A stretch of DNA of 64,000 nt, taken from Vicinamibacterales bacterium. GTDB taxonomy: Bacteria; Acidobacteriota; Vicinamibacteria; Vicinamibacterales; UBA8438. Location: contig CATQHX010000079.1 in NCBI GenBank assembly GCA_958296065.1, forward strand, positions 68,417 to 132,416, read 5' to 3'. The first letter of the stretch is position 1, and each line of letters begins with the position of its first letter. A model generated the notes under the pieces. That model was not told where the DNA came from and did not search any database. It saw only the letters and a list, made by a program, of their open reading frames with translations. Below are positions 29,078 to 38,464 of the stretch, in pieces. The position numbers and the translations under genes were made by a program.

Positions 29078-30820
29078 GTGACCAAGGCCCGTCTCAACCG
29101 GCACATCCGCTACGAGCCGGACGATCCTTGCCCGCCGCTCGTGACGCTCGGCGTCGCCTTTCAGGGCGTCGTCCTCATCCTCGCGAACACGGTCCTGATG
29201 GTGACCATCGTCGTCCGGGCGGCCGGCGAGGGCGAGCTCTACCTGGCGTGGGCGGTCTTCGCGGCGCTCGTCATCGCCGGAATCACCACCGCCCTGCAGG
29301 CGGCGCACGTCGGGCGGGTCGGTGCCGGGCACATCCTGATGACGGGCGCCGGCCCGCACTTCATCGCGATCTCGGTCGTCGCCCTGACGGAGGCGGATCT
29401 GGCGACGTTGGCGAGCCTCATCGTGGTGTCGTCGCTGTTCCAGTTCGCCATGGCGGCATGGCTTCCGTTCCTGCGGCGAATCGTCACGCCGATCGTGGCC
29501 GGCACGGCGCTGATGCTGATCGCAGTCGCGGTGATGCCGATAGCGGTCGGCCGGCTGACGGACGTGCCGGCGGGCGCGGCAGCGGGCGGCGGGCTGATCG
29601 CGGCCGGCGTGACGCTGGCCGTCACCACCGGCATGGTGCTGCGCGCCGCGGGCGTCTGGCGCCTGTGGGCGCCGCTCAGCGGCATCCTGGCCGGCTGCGC
29701 CGCAGCCCTGTTCCTCGGGCTCTACGACTGGCGGCCGCTGGCCGAGGCGTCCTGGTTCGACCTGCCGGACGTCGCCGCCTGGCCGGGGATCGACTTGACC
29801 CCGGACGCGCGGTTCTGGGCGCTGCTGCCGGTGTTCGTGATCGTGTCCGTGGTGGCCGCCATCAAGACCAGCAGCGACGGCGCGGTCATCCAGCAGGCCT
29901 CCGCGCGCAAGCCGCGCGCCACTGATTTCCGCCTGGTGCAGGGCGCCCTGAACGCGAGCGGGGTGGGCATCCTGCTTTCCGGGATCGCGGTGACGCCGCC
30001 CGTCATCATCTACCTGCCGTCCAGCGTGTCGCTCATCAATCTCACCGGCGTGGCGGCGCGCGGCGTCGGGTACGCCATCGGGGGCATCCTGTTCGCGCTG
30101 GCGTTCCTGCCCAAGCTGACGGCCGTCCTGCTCTCGGTGCCGAGCCCCGTCATGGGGGCCTTCCTGCTGATCATCATGGGCCTGCTCTTCGTGGAGGGCA
30201 TCCGGACGGTGTTCCAGGACGGCCTCGATCCGCAGAAGGGCCTCGTGGTGGGCGTGGCCCTGGCGCTCGGCGTGGGACTGGAGAGCGGCAGCGTCTTCGA
30301 GGGCGCGCTGGGAGCGACGTGGAGTGCGTCGCTCGGCAACGGCATGACGATCGGCGTGCTGGCCACGGTCCTGCTGACCGGGTTCCTGGAGCTGACCATC
30401 CCGCGGCGCCGGCGGCTGGAGGCGGAGCTGGACGCCGCGGCTCTGCCGGGTATCGACGCCTTCCTGTGCGAGCTCGCCGACCGCAGCGGCTGGAACGATG
30501 CGTCGAAGGAGCGGCTGCGCGCCGCCGGCCAGGAGGCGCTCGAATGCCTCCTGCAGCTACGCGAACACCCGGAGGCCGGAAAGGCGCCGCGTCTCATCCT
30601 CTTCGCGCGTCCCGGCCGGGCGACCGTGGAGACGGAGTTCCTGGTCGTCTCCGAGAAGGAGAACATCGAGGACCACCTGACCTACCTGAGCGAGCGCGCG
30701 GAGACGCCGGAGGAGAGCGAGCTGTCGTTCCGCCTGCTGCGGCACTACGCCTCGTCCGTGCGTCACCGCCAGTACCACGGCATCGAGATCGTCACCGTGA
30801 GGGTCGCGGGCTCGCGGTAG
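29078..30820 (+). CDS. NCS2/xanthine-uracil permease-family transporter with an extra ~150-aa cytoplasmic C-terminal domain
   Basis: ORF 28895-30820; GTG 29078 is the likeliest start. 12+ hydrophobic helices with permease-like blocks (LVTLGVAFQGVVLILANTVLM, AAIKTSSDGAVIQQAS, LLSGIAVTPPVIIYLPSSVSLINLTGVAAR). The C-terminal soluble domain is of unknown fold. Confidence 0.65.
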   Translation: MTKARLNRHIRYEPDDPCPPLVTLGVAFQGVVLILANTVLMVTIVVRAAGEGELYLAWAVFAALVIAGITTALQAAHVGRVGAGHILMTGAGPHFIAISVVALTEADLATLASLIVVSSLFQFAMAAWLPFLRRIVTPIVAGTALMLIAVAVMPIAVGRLTDVPAGAAAGGGLIAAGVTLAVTTGMVLRAAGVWRLWAPLSGILAGCAAALFLGLYDWRPLAEASWFDLPDVAAWPGIDLTPDARFWALLPVFVIVSVVAAIKTSSDGAVIQQASARKPRATDFRLVQGALNASGVGILLSGIAVTPPVIIYLPSSVSLINLTGVAARGVGYAIGGILFALAFLPKLTAVLLSVPSPVMGAFLLIIMGLLFVEGIRTVFQDGLDPQKGLVVGVALALGVGLESGSVFEGALGATWSASLGNGMTIGVLATVLLTGFLELTIPRRRRLEAELDAAALPGIDAFLCELADRSGWNDASKERLRAAGQEALECLLQLREHPEAGKAPRLILFARPGRATVETEFLVVSEKENIEDHLTYLSERAETPEESELSFRLLRHYASSVRHRQYHGIEIVTVRVAGSR

Positions 30821-30871
30821 TCGAATACTTCGTCGAGGTACTTGTCGTGGTCCTCGGCCAGATTGCCGCAT
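30821..30871 (-). repeat. 51-nt repeat, copy 2 (orphan vapB-like 3' remnant)
   Basis: Minus strand encodes ...CGNLAEDHDKYLDEVFDY, compared with vapB ...CRDLAEDHDRYLDEAFDS*. No RHH N-terminus and no in-register stop. Confidence 0.7.
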
Positions 30872-30912
30872 GTGGGCTTCGGCATCCGGGGCGTCCCGAT
30901 CTTGCATCCGGC

Positions 30913-30955
30913 TGTTGCGCCGCTAGCCGGCATGGGCGATGATGCGCGAGGGTTC
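30913..30955 (+). promoter_or_regulatory. Conserved ~41-nt upstream element, copy 2 (before the PQQ dehydrogenase at 30981)
   Basis: tgttgcgccgctagccggcatgggcgatgatgcgcgagggttc. Same element as 22491-22531, with a 3-nt substitution and a 2-nt insertion. Confidence 0.45.
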
Positions 30956-30980
30956 AGGGATCGAGACGAGGAGACAAGCG

Positions 30981-32708
30981 ATGCGAGACCATAGAAGCGG
31001 CCGATTCGTGCTGGCGTGCCTGACCGTCTTCCTGATGCTGTCGGCCGGCGCCGCGCTCGGACAGTCCGATGACGCCGAGTGGGAGCCGATCACCGAGGAG
31101 CGGCTGCTCGAGCCGCAGGACGGCGACTGGATGAGCTACCGGCGGACCTACGACGTGACCGGGTTCAGCCCCCTCGACCAGATCGACCGCGACAACGTCT
31201 CCGACCTGCGCCTGGCCTGGTCCTGGTCGATGCGCGACAACAGCCGCTGGGTGCCGACGCCGATCGTGGCGAACGGGCTGATGTACGTCTCCGAGGGCAG
31301 CGGCCGCGTGACGGCCTTCGACGTGGTCTCCGGCGACGTCGTCTGGGTGCATACGCGCAGCTACCCCGAGGATATCGAGAAGTCGCAGGCGCTCGGCCGG
31401 CACCGGGGCGTCTCCGTGCTCGGCGACACGGTCTACTTCGGCGCGGCCGACGCCGTGCTGGTCGCCCTCGATGCGCAGACCGGCGAGCAGCGCTGGGAGG
31501 TGAGCACCGGCGACTACACCACCGGCCTCGGCCACAGCCATCCGCCGCTGATCGCCGACGGGAAGGTCGTGCTGGGGTTCGCCGGCGGAGACCGGAGCGG
31601 ACGCGGCACCATCGTGGCGCACGACGCCGAGACAGGCGAGCACATCTGGACCACCTACACGGTGCCGCGGGCCGGCGAGCCGGGCTACGAGACCTGGACC
31701 GAGCGCGAGATCCCGCCGCTGGGCGGGCTGGCCTGGAGCACCATCAGCTACGACCCGGAGCTGGGCCTCGTCTACATGGGCACGGGGCAACCGACCCCGT
31801 GGGCCTCGACCCTGCGCGGCCCGGGCGACGCGCTGTACACCAACTGCATCCTGGCCCTGGACATCGACACCGGCGAGATCGAGTGGTATTTCCAGGTGGT
31901 GCCGGCCGACAACTGGGATCTGGACGCCACGGCCGAGAGCATGCTGGTCGATCTGGTCATCGGCGGCGTCGAGCACAAGGCGCTCATCGAGACCAGCAAG
32001 ATCGGCTGGGGCGTGGTGCTCGACCGCGAGACCGGCCGCTTCATCGACGCGTTCCGGACCGGCTACGACAACATCATCACCGGCTGGACCGACACCGGCA
32101 GCCCCATCTACAACCCGGACCAGATCCCCACGCTGGAGGACGTCGACTCGGACAAGATCTTCGAGGTCTGCCCGCACCTGCACGGTGCGCGCAACCTGAA
32201 CTCCGCGAGCTACAGCCCCGAGACCGGCCTCTATTACGTCGGTATCAACAACGCCTGCATGGACGTCACGTTCGTTTCCGAGGAGTACCGGCCCGGCCGC
32301 GTCTACCGGGGCATGGGCAGCCGCGTGAAGATGGTGCCGGGCTACGAGTACATCGGCGAGTTCGTGGCGTTCAACCCGGTCACCGGCGAGCGGGCCTGGG
32401 AGTACCGTCACGAGAACGGCGCGCCGATGACCGCCGCGGCGCTCGCCACCGGGGGCGGCCTCGTCTTCGGCGGCACCGCCGACCGGCGGCTCTTCGCGCT
32501 CGACGCCGACAACGGCGACCTGCTCTGGGAGACGCGCCTGAACGGCGACATCTCCGGCGCCCCGGTCACCTTCGAGGTCGACGGCCGGCAGTACCTCGCG
32601 GTCGGCGCCGGCGGGCGCATCGGGCAGACCACCTCCTACGCGCGGCTGACCGGCATCACGCTGCCGCAGGGCAGCGGCGTCATTTGGGTCTTCGCGCTCC
32701 CGGAGTAG
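30981..32708 (+). CDS. PQQ-dependent dehydrogenase, divergent methanol/ethanol-family member
   Basis: ATG 30981 preceded by GAGGAGA. Signal peptide. WMSYRRTYDVTGFSPLDQIDRDNVSDLRLAWSW, ADNWDLDATAE active-site region, ends GVIWVFALPE. Confidence 0.88.
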   Translation: MRDHRSGRFVLACLTVFLMLSAGAALGQSDDAEWEPITEERLLEPQDGDWMSYRRTYDVTGFSPLDQIDRDNVSDLRLAWSWSMRDNSRWVPTPIVANGLMYVSEGSGRVTAFDVVSGDVVWVHTRSYPEDIEKSQALGRHRGVSVLGDTVYFGAADAVLVALDAQTGEQRWEVSTGDYTTGLGHSHPPLIADGKVVLGFAGGDRSGRGTIVAHDAETGEHIWTTYTVPRAGEPGYETWTEREIPPLGGLAWSTISYDPELGLVYMGTGQPTPWASTLRGPGDALYTNCILALDIDTGEIEWYFQVVPADNWDLDATAESMLVDLVIGGVEHKALIETSKIGWGVVLDRETGRFIDAFRTGYDNIITGWTDTGSPIYNPDQIPTLEDVDSDKIFEVCPHLHGARNLNSASYSPETGLYYVGINNACMDVTFVSEEYRPGRVYRGMGSRVKMVPGYEYIGEFVAFNPVTGERAWEYRHENGAPMTAAALATGGGLVFGGTADRRLFALDADNGDLLWETRLNGDISGAPVTFEVDGRQYLAVGAGGRIGQTTSYARLTGITLPQGSGVIWVFALPE

Positions 32709-32856
32709 GTGCCGGACGCCGGGAAGCGACCGTGATTCCACCGAACGGCCATCGGCCCGACAAACGGCGTCGATAGTCTGCACGGATCCTGCCGGGGCCG
32801 GTCCACGGCCCCGCTTCATCTCCTCCAACGGGACCAGATTGAGGGAAGGTAAACCG

Positions 32857-35013
32857 ATGCCGTCTTCACGTTCGCGCCGGGTGCTCATAGCGGTCCTCCT
32901 CGTCACGGCCGGTCTCTCCCGGCCGGCGGCACAGGGGCAGGAGGTCACCACGGCGGCCCTCGAGCAGGCAGCGTCGGACACCTCGTCGTGGCTGATGTAC
33001 GGCCGCGACTACCACGGCCAGCGCTTCGTGGAGCTGGACGAAATCACGCCGGAGAACGTGAACCGCCTCCAGCCCGCCTGGGTGTTCGCCACCGGCGGCG
33101 AGAACCGCGGCCTGGAGGCCACGCCGCTGGTGCACGAGGGCGTCATCTACCTGTCGGCCGACGAGTCGCGGGTGTTCGCCCTCGACGCGCGCACCGGGGC
33201 GAAGAAGTGGGGCTTCGAGCCGGAGATGTCGGACGAGGTCGAGCGGGTCTACTGCTGCGGGTCGAACAACCGCGGCGTGGCGCTGTTCGGCGAGCTGGTC
33301 TACGTCGGGACGATGGACGCGCGGCTGATCGCGCTGCACAAGGACACCGGCGCCGTGGTGTGGGAGAGCGTGGTCGTCGACTGGCGGCAGGGCTACAGCA
33401 TCACCGGCGCGCCGCTGGTGGTCAACGGCATGGTCCTGACCGGGGTGGCCGGTGGGGAGTACGGCATCCGCGGCTTCGTCAAGGCCTACGACGCGCTGAC
33501 CGGCGAGCCGCGCTGGACCACCTACACCATCCCGGGTCCGGGGGAGCCGGGCAACGAGACGTGGCCGGGCGATACCTGGAAGAACGGCGGCGCCCCCACG
33601 TGGACGACGGGCGTCTTCGATCCCGAGCTGAACCTGGTCTACTGGAACACCGGCAACGCCGCGCCCTGGAACTGTCACGTCCGCAAGGGCGACAACCAGT
33701 GGTCGGCCGCGACCGTCGCCATCGACGCCGACAACGGCGAGATCCGCTGGGGATTCCAGTACACGCCGTGGGACTGCTGGGACTACGACGCGGTCAGCAC
33801 GCCGGTGCTGGCCGACGTGACCCTGCGCGACCACGGGCCGGTCAAGGCGCTGTTCCACCACGACAAGAACGGCTTCTTCTACGCCCTCGACCGCACCGAC
33901 GGCCGCTTCCTGTACGGCGAACCGATCGTGCCGGGCATCAACTGGGCCTTCGGGCTCGACCCGGAGACCGGGCGCCCGGAGATCAATCCCGACATGCTGG
34001 CGCAGTCGGGCGGCCCCGAGGTGGGGCCCATCATTCCCAGCCTGGAAGGCGCCATCGACTGGCAGCCGCTCGCCTTCAATCCCGGCCTGGGCGCGCTGTA
34101 CTTCATGTCCAACCAGTGGGCGATGGGCTACCGCTTCTGGGCCGAGGACCAGTTCGAGCCGCCGACCAACGGCGAGGCGTATCTCGGCGGCGACTACCAG
34201 CAGTACCTGACCAGCGACAACCCCGGCAACTTCGTCGGCTTCGACGTGGTGAAGCAGGAGGTCATGTGGCGCGTGGTGAGCCCGGCGCCGTTCTGGGCGG
34301 GTGCGGTGGCCACCTCCAGCGGGCTGGTGTTCACCGGCGACATGCGCGGCTACTTCATGGCCCTCGACGCCCGCGGCGGCGACGTGCTGTGGCAGTTCCA
34401 GACCGGCTCGGGCATCATCGGCAGCCCCATCACCTACGAGCTCGACGGGACGCAGTACGTGGCGGTGCCGTCCGGCGGCATCGGCGGGGACATGACGTTC
34501 TATTACACCGAGCCGAAGGCGGGGAACCTCTGGGTCTTCGCGCTCGACGGCGGTCCCCGGGAGGTCCAGGCTGGGACGAACCTGACGCCGCTGCCGGGCG
34601 GCCTGCCGCGGGTCGGCGAGCCGGGCCACACGCTGGGCGGCCGCGTGCTGCCGGGATACGGCTTCGAACCCACGGAAGGGGCCGAGCCCAGCGCGCCGGG
34701 TACGCCGTTCGTGGCGCCCGGATCGTTCGCACCGCCCGTCCCCGACGCGAGCGATGCGGCCAATACCCTGCTGGGCGATGCGACGGCGGTCGCCGCCGGC
34801 GAACGGATCTACCGCGCGCGCTGCGCCGTGTGCCACCGCACCGGCGGCGGCGCTGGTCCGAGCCTGTTCCGGAACAGTCTCCCGCTCGGCCGATTCCTGG
34901 ATACGGTGAACGGAGGACGCGAGGGCACGAACATGCCCGCCTTCCAGGAGCTGCTCTCGCGCGACGAGATCCGGCAAGTGCACGCCTTCCTGATGTCGCG
35001 CGACGCGTTGTAG
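32857..35013 (+). CDS. Quinohaemoprotein alcohol dehydrogenase (PQQ propeller plus C-terminal cytochrome c domain)
   Basis: Signal peptide. WLMYGRDYHGQRFVELDEI. Vicinal disulphide motif YCCGSNNRG typical of PQQ-ADHs. WDCWDYDAVS. C-terminal CAVCH haem motif with downstream NMPAF. Confidence 0.9.
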   Translation: MPSSRSRRVLIAVLLVTAGLSRPAAQGQEVTTAALEQAASDTSSWLMYGRDYHGQRFVELDEITPENVNRLQPAWVFATGGENRGLEATPLVHEGVIYLSADESRVFALDARTGAKKWGFEPEMSDEVERVYCCGSNNRGVALFGELVYVGTMDARLIALHKDTGAVVWESVVVDWRQGYSITGAPLVVNGMVLTGVAGGEYGIRGFVKAYDALTGEPRWTTYTIPGPGEPGNETWPGDTWKNGGAPTWTTGVFDPELNLVYWNTGNAAPWNCHVRKGDNQWSAATVAIDADNGEIRWGFQYTPWDCWDYDAVSTPVLADVTLRDHGPVKALFHHDKNGFFYALDRTDGRFLYGEPIVPGINWAFGLDPETGRPEINPDMLAQSGGPEVGPIIPSLEGAIDWQPLAFNPGLGALYFMSNQWAMGYRFWAEDQFEPPTNGEAYLGGDYQQYLTSDNPGNFVGFDVVKQEVMWRVVSPAPFWAGAVATSSGLVFTGDMRGYFMALDARGGDVLWQFQTGSGIIGSPITYELDGTQYVAVPSGGIGGDMTFYYTEPKAGNLWVFALDGGPREVQAGTNLTPLPGGLPRVGEPGHTLGGRVLPGYGFEPTEGAEPSAPGTPFVAPGSFAPPVPDASDAANTLLGDATAVAAGERIYRARCAVCHRTGGGAGPSLFRNSLPLGRFLDTVNGGREGTNMPAFQELLSRDEIRQVHAFLMSRDAL

Positions 35014-35016
35014 ATC

Positions 35017-36048
35017 TCAGCGCACTTGTCGCCCCGAAGCCCCGACGCGGCGCCAGAAGTCCGCTTCGTCCGCGCAGGCGTAGGCTGCGGCCATCACGGC
35101 GTCCCGCGATACGTCGGTGAGAGCCGCGGCGCGCTCCGGAAACGCCGGTGAGACCGCGACATCGCGAACCTGCAGCAGGCTCTGGGCCGCTGCTGCGAGT
35201 TCCTGCGCACGACCCTCTGAGTGCCCCTCAGCGAGCAGCACGCGTGATAGCGGGTCGTCGGCAGGGCCGGTCCCTTCCCGCGCGCCGAGTGTTCGCCCGA
35301 TGCGCTCCAGGACCCGGTAGGTCGCGTCCGTCGGGGTCGGCTCGGTCATCCCGTCGTAGATCTCCCCTGCCGTCCAGCCGGGAAACGCCCCGCTCGTCGG
35401 CGCCGACCGGTACCTGCCGTCCTCCAGCCGGTGAATCGTCACCCCCGCCGGACGCCGCGGCGAGGCCCCTTCCGGCGGCACGATCACCCACAGCTCCGGA
35501 AACCCCCACGCTTCGTAGAGCAGCAGCTTTCCCGGCCGCACGTCGGTCGTGTAGGCGACTTCGAGCACTACGTCGGGGAAGTCGTTCTCACCGATGACCA
35601 GGGACTTCTTCGGCGTCGCGGAGCGGGTCGGATGGAGGTACAGCGTCTCGTCCGCCTCCATGGCCCGCCGGGGCTCGCCGGCTTCGTCCCGCACGAGCAG
35701 GGTTACCGAGCCGTACGAGACGATGGGCGTACCGCGCACCGAGGCGATCCGCTCGGCCAGGTGCGGCAGCCGCCGCGACGTTCCTTCGTGGACCCCGTAC
35801 TTGTCGGCGACGACCCAGGCGGTCTCCGTACGGGCGTCCCAGTACTCGATCCGGTCGTCGAAGTCCTCGAACTCGGCGCGCGACAGGGAAATGCGGCGGC
35901 AGCCGGGAAAGCGCAACGCCTCGGTGCGCAGAGACTCGCGGAGTGGCGCATCCCGCCCCGCGGTGCCAGCCGCCTTGCCGGCGCCGCGGGCGGCACGTGC
36001 ATGAAAGTGCTCCATCGGGCCATCATACAGCACCGCACGTTCCATCAC
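35017..36048 (-). CDS. Uma2-family (DUF820) PD-(D/E)XK endonuclease-like protein with a C-terminal extension
   Basis: RIEYWDARTETAWVV...PDVVLEVAYTTDVRPGKLLLYEAWGFPELWVIVP is the Uma2 core. The true start may be ATG 36015. Confidence 0.7.
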   Translation of the reverse strand: MMERAVLYDGPMEHFHARAARGAGKAAGTAGRDAPLRESLRTEALRFPGCRRISLSRAEFEDFDDRIEYWDARTETAWVVADKYGVHEGTSRRLPHLAERIASVRGTPIVSYGSVTLLVRDEAGEPRRAMEADETLYLHPTRSATPKKSLVIGENDFPDVVLEVAYTTDVRPGKLLLYEAWGFPELWVIVPPEGASPRRPAGVTIHRLEDGRYRSAPTSGAFPGWTAGEIYDGMTEPTPTDATYRVLERIGRTLGAREGTGPADDPLSRVLLAEGHSEGRAQELAAAAQSLLQVRDVAVSPAFPERAAALTDVSRDAVMAAAYACADEADFWRRVGASGRQVR

Positions 36049-36156
36049 TTCGACACTGAGAAACGAGCCGCTGCGGATACCATGGGGGACAGGCGTCGGG
36101 CCAGCGCCGTCACGAGGGTGTTCATGCTCGAGGTTCCGTCGGATGGAGGTACACCG

Positions 36157-37605
36157 ATGCCGGAAACCGAATCGTCAGCCGGGACACCATGGCGCCTCGC
36201 CCTGCCGGGTTGGCTGGCCCTCTGCGTTCTCGCGGTCGCCAGCGTGGGCTGCGCGGCGAGGGCCTGTTGGGACTGCGACGTCTGCGCGTCCTCGCTGATC
36301 GACGTCGGGTGCGTCTCCGCGCAGGAGCCCGACGCGGCGGAGGATGTCACCTGGTTCGAGGGGGCCCGGCTCATCGACGGCAGCGGCGGCGCGCCCATCG
36401 AGACGTCCGCGTTCCTGGTCGAGGACGGCGCCTTTGCCTGGGTCGGCCGGCAGGGTGAAAGGGAGGCCCCCGCGGGCGCCGCGCGCGTGGATCTGTCCGG
36501 CAAGACGGTGATACCCGCGCTGATCGACGCGCACCAGCACATCGGGCTGACCAACGTGAAGGACGGGACGCACAGCAAGGACAACTACACGCTGGCCAAC
36601 CTGGTCGAGCATCTGGAGCGCTCCGCCTACCACGGCGTCGCGGCCACGATGAGCCTGGGGCTGGAGTTCGACGAGGCGCTGGCTTTCGAGCTGCGGAACG
36701 AAGTGTTTCCCGACGCGGCACGTTTCCTGACCTCCGGGCGGGGCATAGCCGCCACGCCGATGGCCGGGCCGCAGCAGGAGTACCGGTCGGGCATACCGCG
36801 CGGCGCGCGGACCGAGGCGGAGGGTCGCGCGGCGGTCGCGGAGCTGGACGGCCACGGGGTCGACATCATCAAGATCTGGGTCGACGACCGGGGCGGTACG
36901 GTCCCGAAGCTGGAGCCGGAGGTCTACCGGGCGATCATCGACGAGGCGCATGCGCGCGGCATGCGGGTGGCGTCGCACCTCGGCTCGACCAGCGGGCTGG
37001 CCGACGCGAAGGACCTGATCCGGGCGGGCATCGACGGCTTCGCGCACACCGTCCGCGACCGCGACATCGACGAGGAGCACATGGCGCTGGTCCGCGCGAA
37101 TCCCGAAATCTGGACCATCCCGAACCTGCCCGGCTCGCCGGTGACGCTCGACGACCTGCCGTGGCTGAGCGAGACGCTGCCGCCGTTCGAGATCGAGAAC
37201 CTGCGCGCGCAGGCCGAGCGGCTGGCGGAGGAGGGACCGGGGGACTTCTTCGAGCTGCAGTGCCGGAACCTGGCCCGCAACCGCGAGGCCGGCATGGTCA
37301 TCGGCATGGGCACCGACTCGGGCGTCAGCGTCGCCTGGACCACGCACACCGAGATCCGCGACATGGCGGGCTGCGGGCTCACGCCGATGGAGGCGCTCGA
37401 GTCCGCGACGCGGATCAACGCGGAGATCCTGGGTCTGGACAACCTCGGCACGGTGACCGTGGGCAAGAGCGCGTCGTTCGTGGTGCTCGATGCGGACCCG
37501 CTGGACGACATCACCAGCACGCGGCGGATCGACAGCGTCTACCTGCGCGGCGAGCCGGTGGACCGGGAGGCGCTGCGGGCGAAGTTCATGGACGGCGTGC
37601 GGTGA
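36157..37605 (+). CDS. Amidohydrolase-family metallohydrolase, secreted or lipoprotein-like
   Basis: Internal ATG 36157 preceded by GGAGG. Signal-like segment with Cys. Metal motif PALIDAHQHIG, later HLGS..., GFAHT, MGTDSG. Confidence 0.85.
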   Translation: MPETESSAGTPWRLALPGWLALCVLAVASVGCAARACWDCDVCASSLIDVGCVSAQEPDAAEDVTWFEGARLIDGSGGAPIETSAFLVEDGAFAWVGRQGEREAPAGAARVDLSGKTVIPALIDAHQHIGLTNVKDGTHSKDNYTLANLVEHLERSAYHGVAATMSLGLEFDEALAFELRNEVFPDAARFLTSGRGIAATPMAGPQQEYRSGIPRGARTEAEGRAAVAELDGHGVDIIKIWVDDRGGTVPKLEPEVYRAIIDEAHARGMRVASHLGSTSGLADAKDLIRAGIDGFAHTVRDRDIDEEHMALVRANPEIWTIPNLPGSPVTLDDLPWLSETLPPFEIENLRAQAERLAEEGPGDFFELQCRNLARNREAGMVIGMGTDSGVSVAWTTHTEIRDMAGCGLTPMEALESATRINAEILGLDNLGTVTVGKSASFVVLDADPLDDITSTRRIDSVYLRGEPVDREALRAKFMDGVR

Positions 37606-37837
37606 CGGAAGCGGAAGACGATGCAGTGGCGGATCTGATGTGCAACGGGCTGGATCCGTCGCTTACGGGGCCTCGGGCCGACGCCGTCCGGTGGCGCATC
37701 GTCAGCCAGCCGCGAGGGGGGCGACGGGGCATGACTGTAGACGACGTGACACCAGTCGGGCGATGGCCGACGGATGTCCCCGAGACGGAGACACCCGCCA
37801 GCCGCTATCCGACTGGTATAGAGCCGGGCGTTGACTC

Positions 37838-38413
37838 CTACCGGCTCCACGGCGGCACGATTTCGTTCGTGCGCGCGTAGGCGATGAGCTGGCCGAGATG
37901 CTCGTGCATGTCGCCGGCCACGAACAGCATCAGCTCCGGCGAGGACCGCTCCCGCCCGAACAGCGAGCGCGACCCGGTCAGGGTTGACGGGTCGATGGAC
38001 TGGATCGTCGCCTGCGCGTACGCGAAGCCCCTGGTCAGATGGTCGATGACGGCGGCCTTGTCGGTGATCTCCGACAGTCCCTGCGATTCCTCGCGGCTCA
38101 TCGCGGTCGGAGCGCCGAGCGCCATCGGCGCGAAGCCGTAGCCCTCGCTGGCGATCAGCATCAGCACTTCCGAGACCGAACGGACGCCTTCCATCGGGCG
38201 CCACGTGTAGAGATCCTGCGGGAACGCGTCGGCGAGCCCGAGGAACTTCCCGCGCATCACCTCCATGTCGGCGAGGTACGCGGCCTTCACCGCGGCGGCC
38301 GATTCCGGGGTCAGGTCCTGGGCCTGCGCGGCCGGCGCGCCGGCCAGCAGCAGGGCGGCGAGGGCGGCAAGCAGGACGGTGCGTCCGCGGTGGGTCGAAG
38401 AGCGATGCGTCAT
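37838..38413 (-). CDS. DinB-family protein with signal peptide
   Basis: 191 aa. Signal peptide ...LLAGAPAAQAQ. Four-helix-bundle pattern ending in FVAGDMHEHLGQLIAYAR (DinB His motif). Confidence 0.8.
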   Translation of the reverse strand: MTHRSSTHRGRTVLLAALAALLLAGAPAAQAQDLTPESAAAVKAAYLADMEVMRGKFLGLADAFPQDLYTWRPMEGVRSVSEVLMLIASEGYGFAPMALGAPTAMSREESQGLSEITDKAAVIDHLTRGFAYAQATIQSIDPSTLTGSRSLFGRERSSPELMLFVAGDMHEHLGQLIAYARTNEIVPPWSR

Positions 38414-38464
38414 AAGGGTTCCCTCCTTTATGGTGCCGAAGACTCTCGGTGGCGAGGGCGCGTT

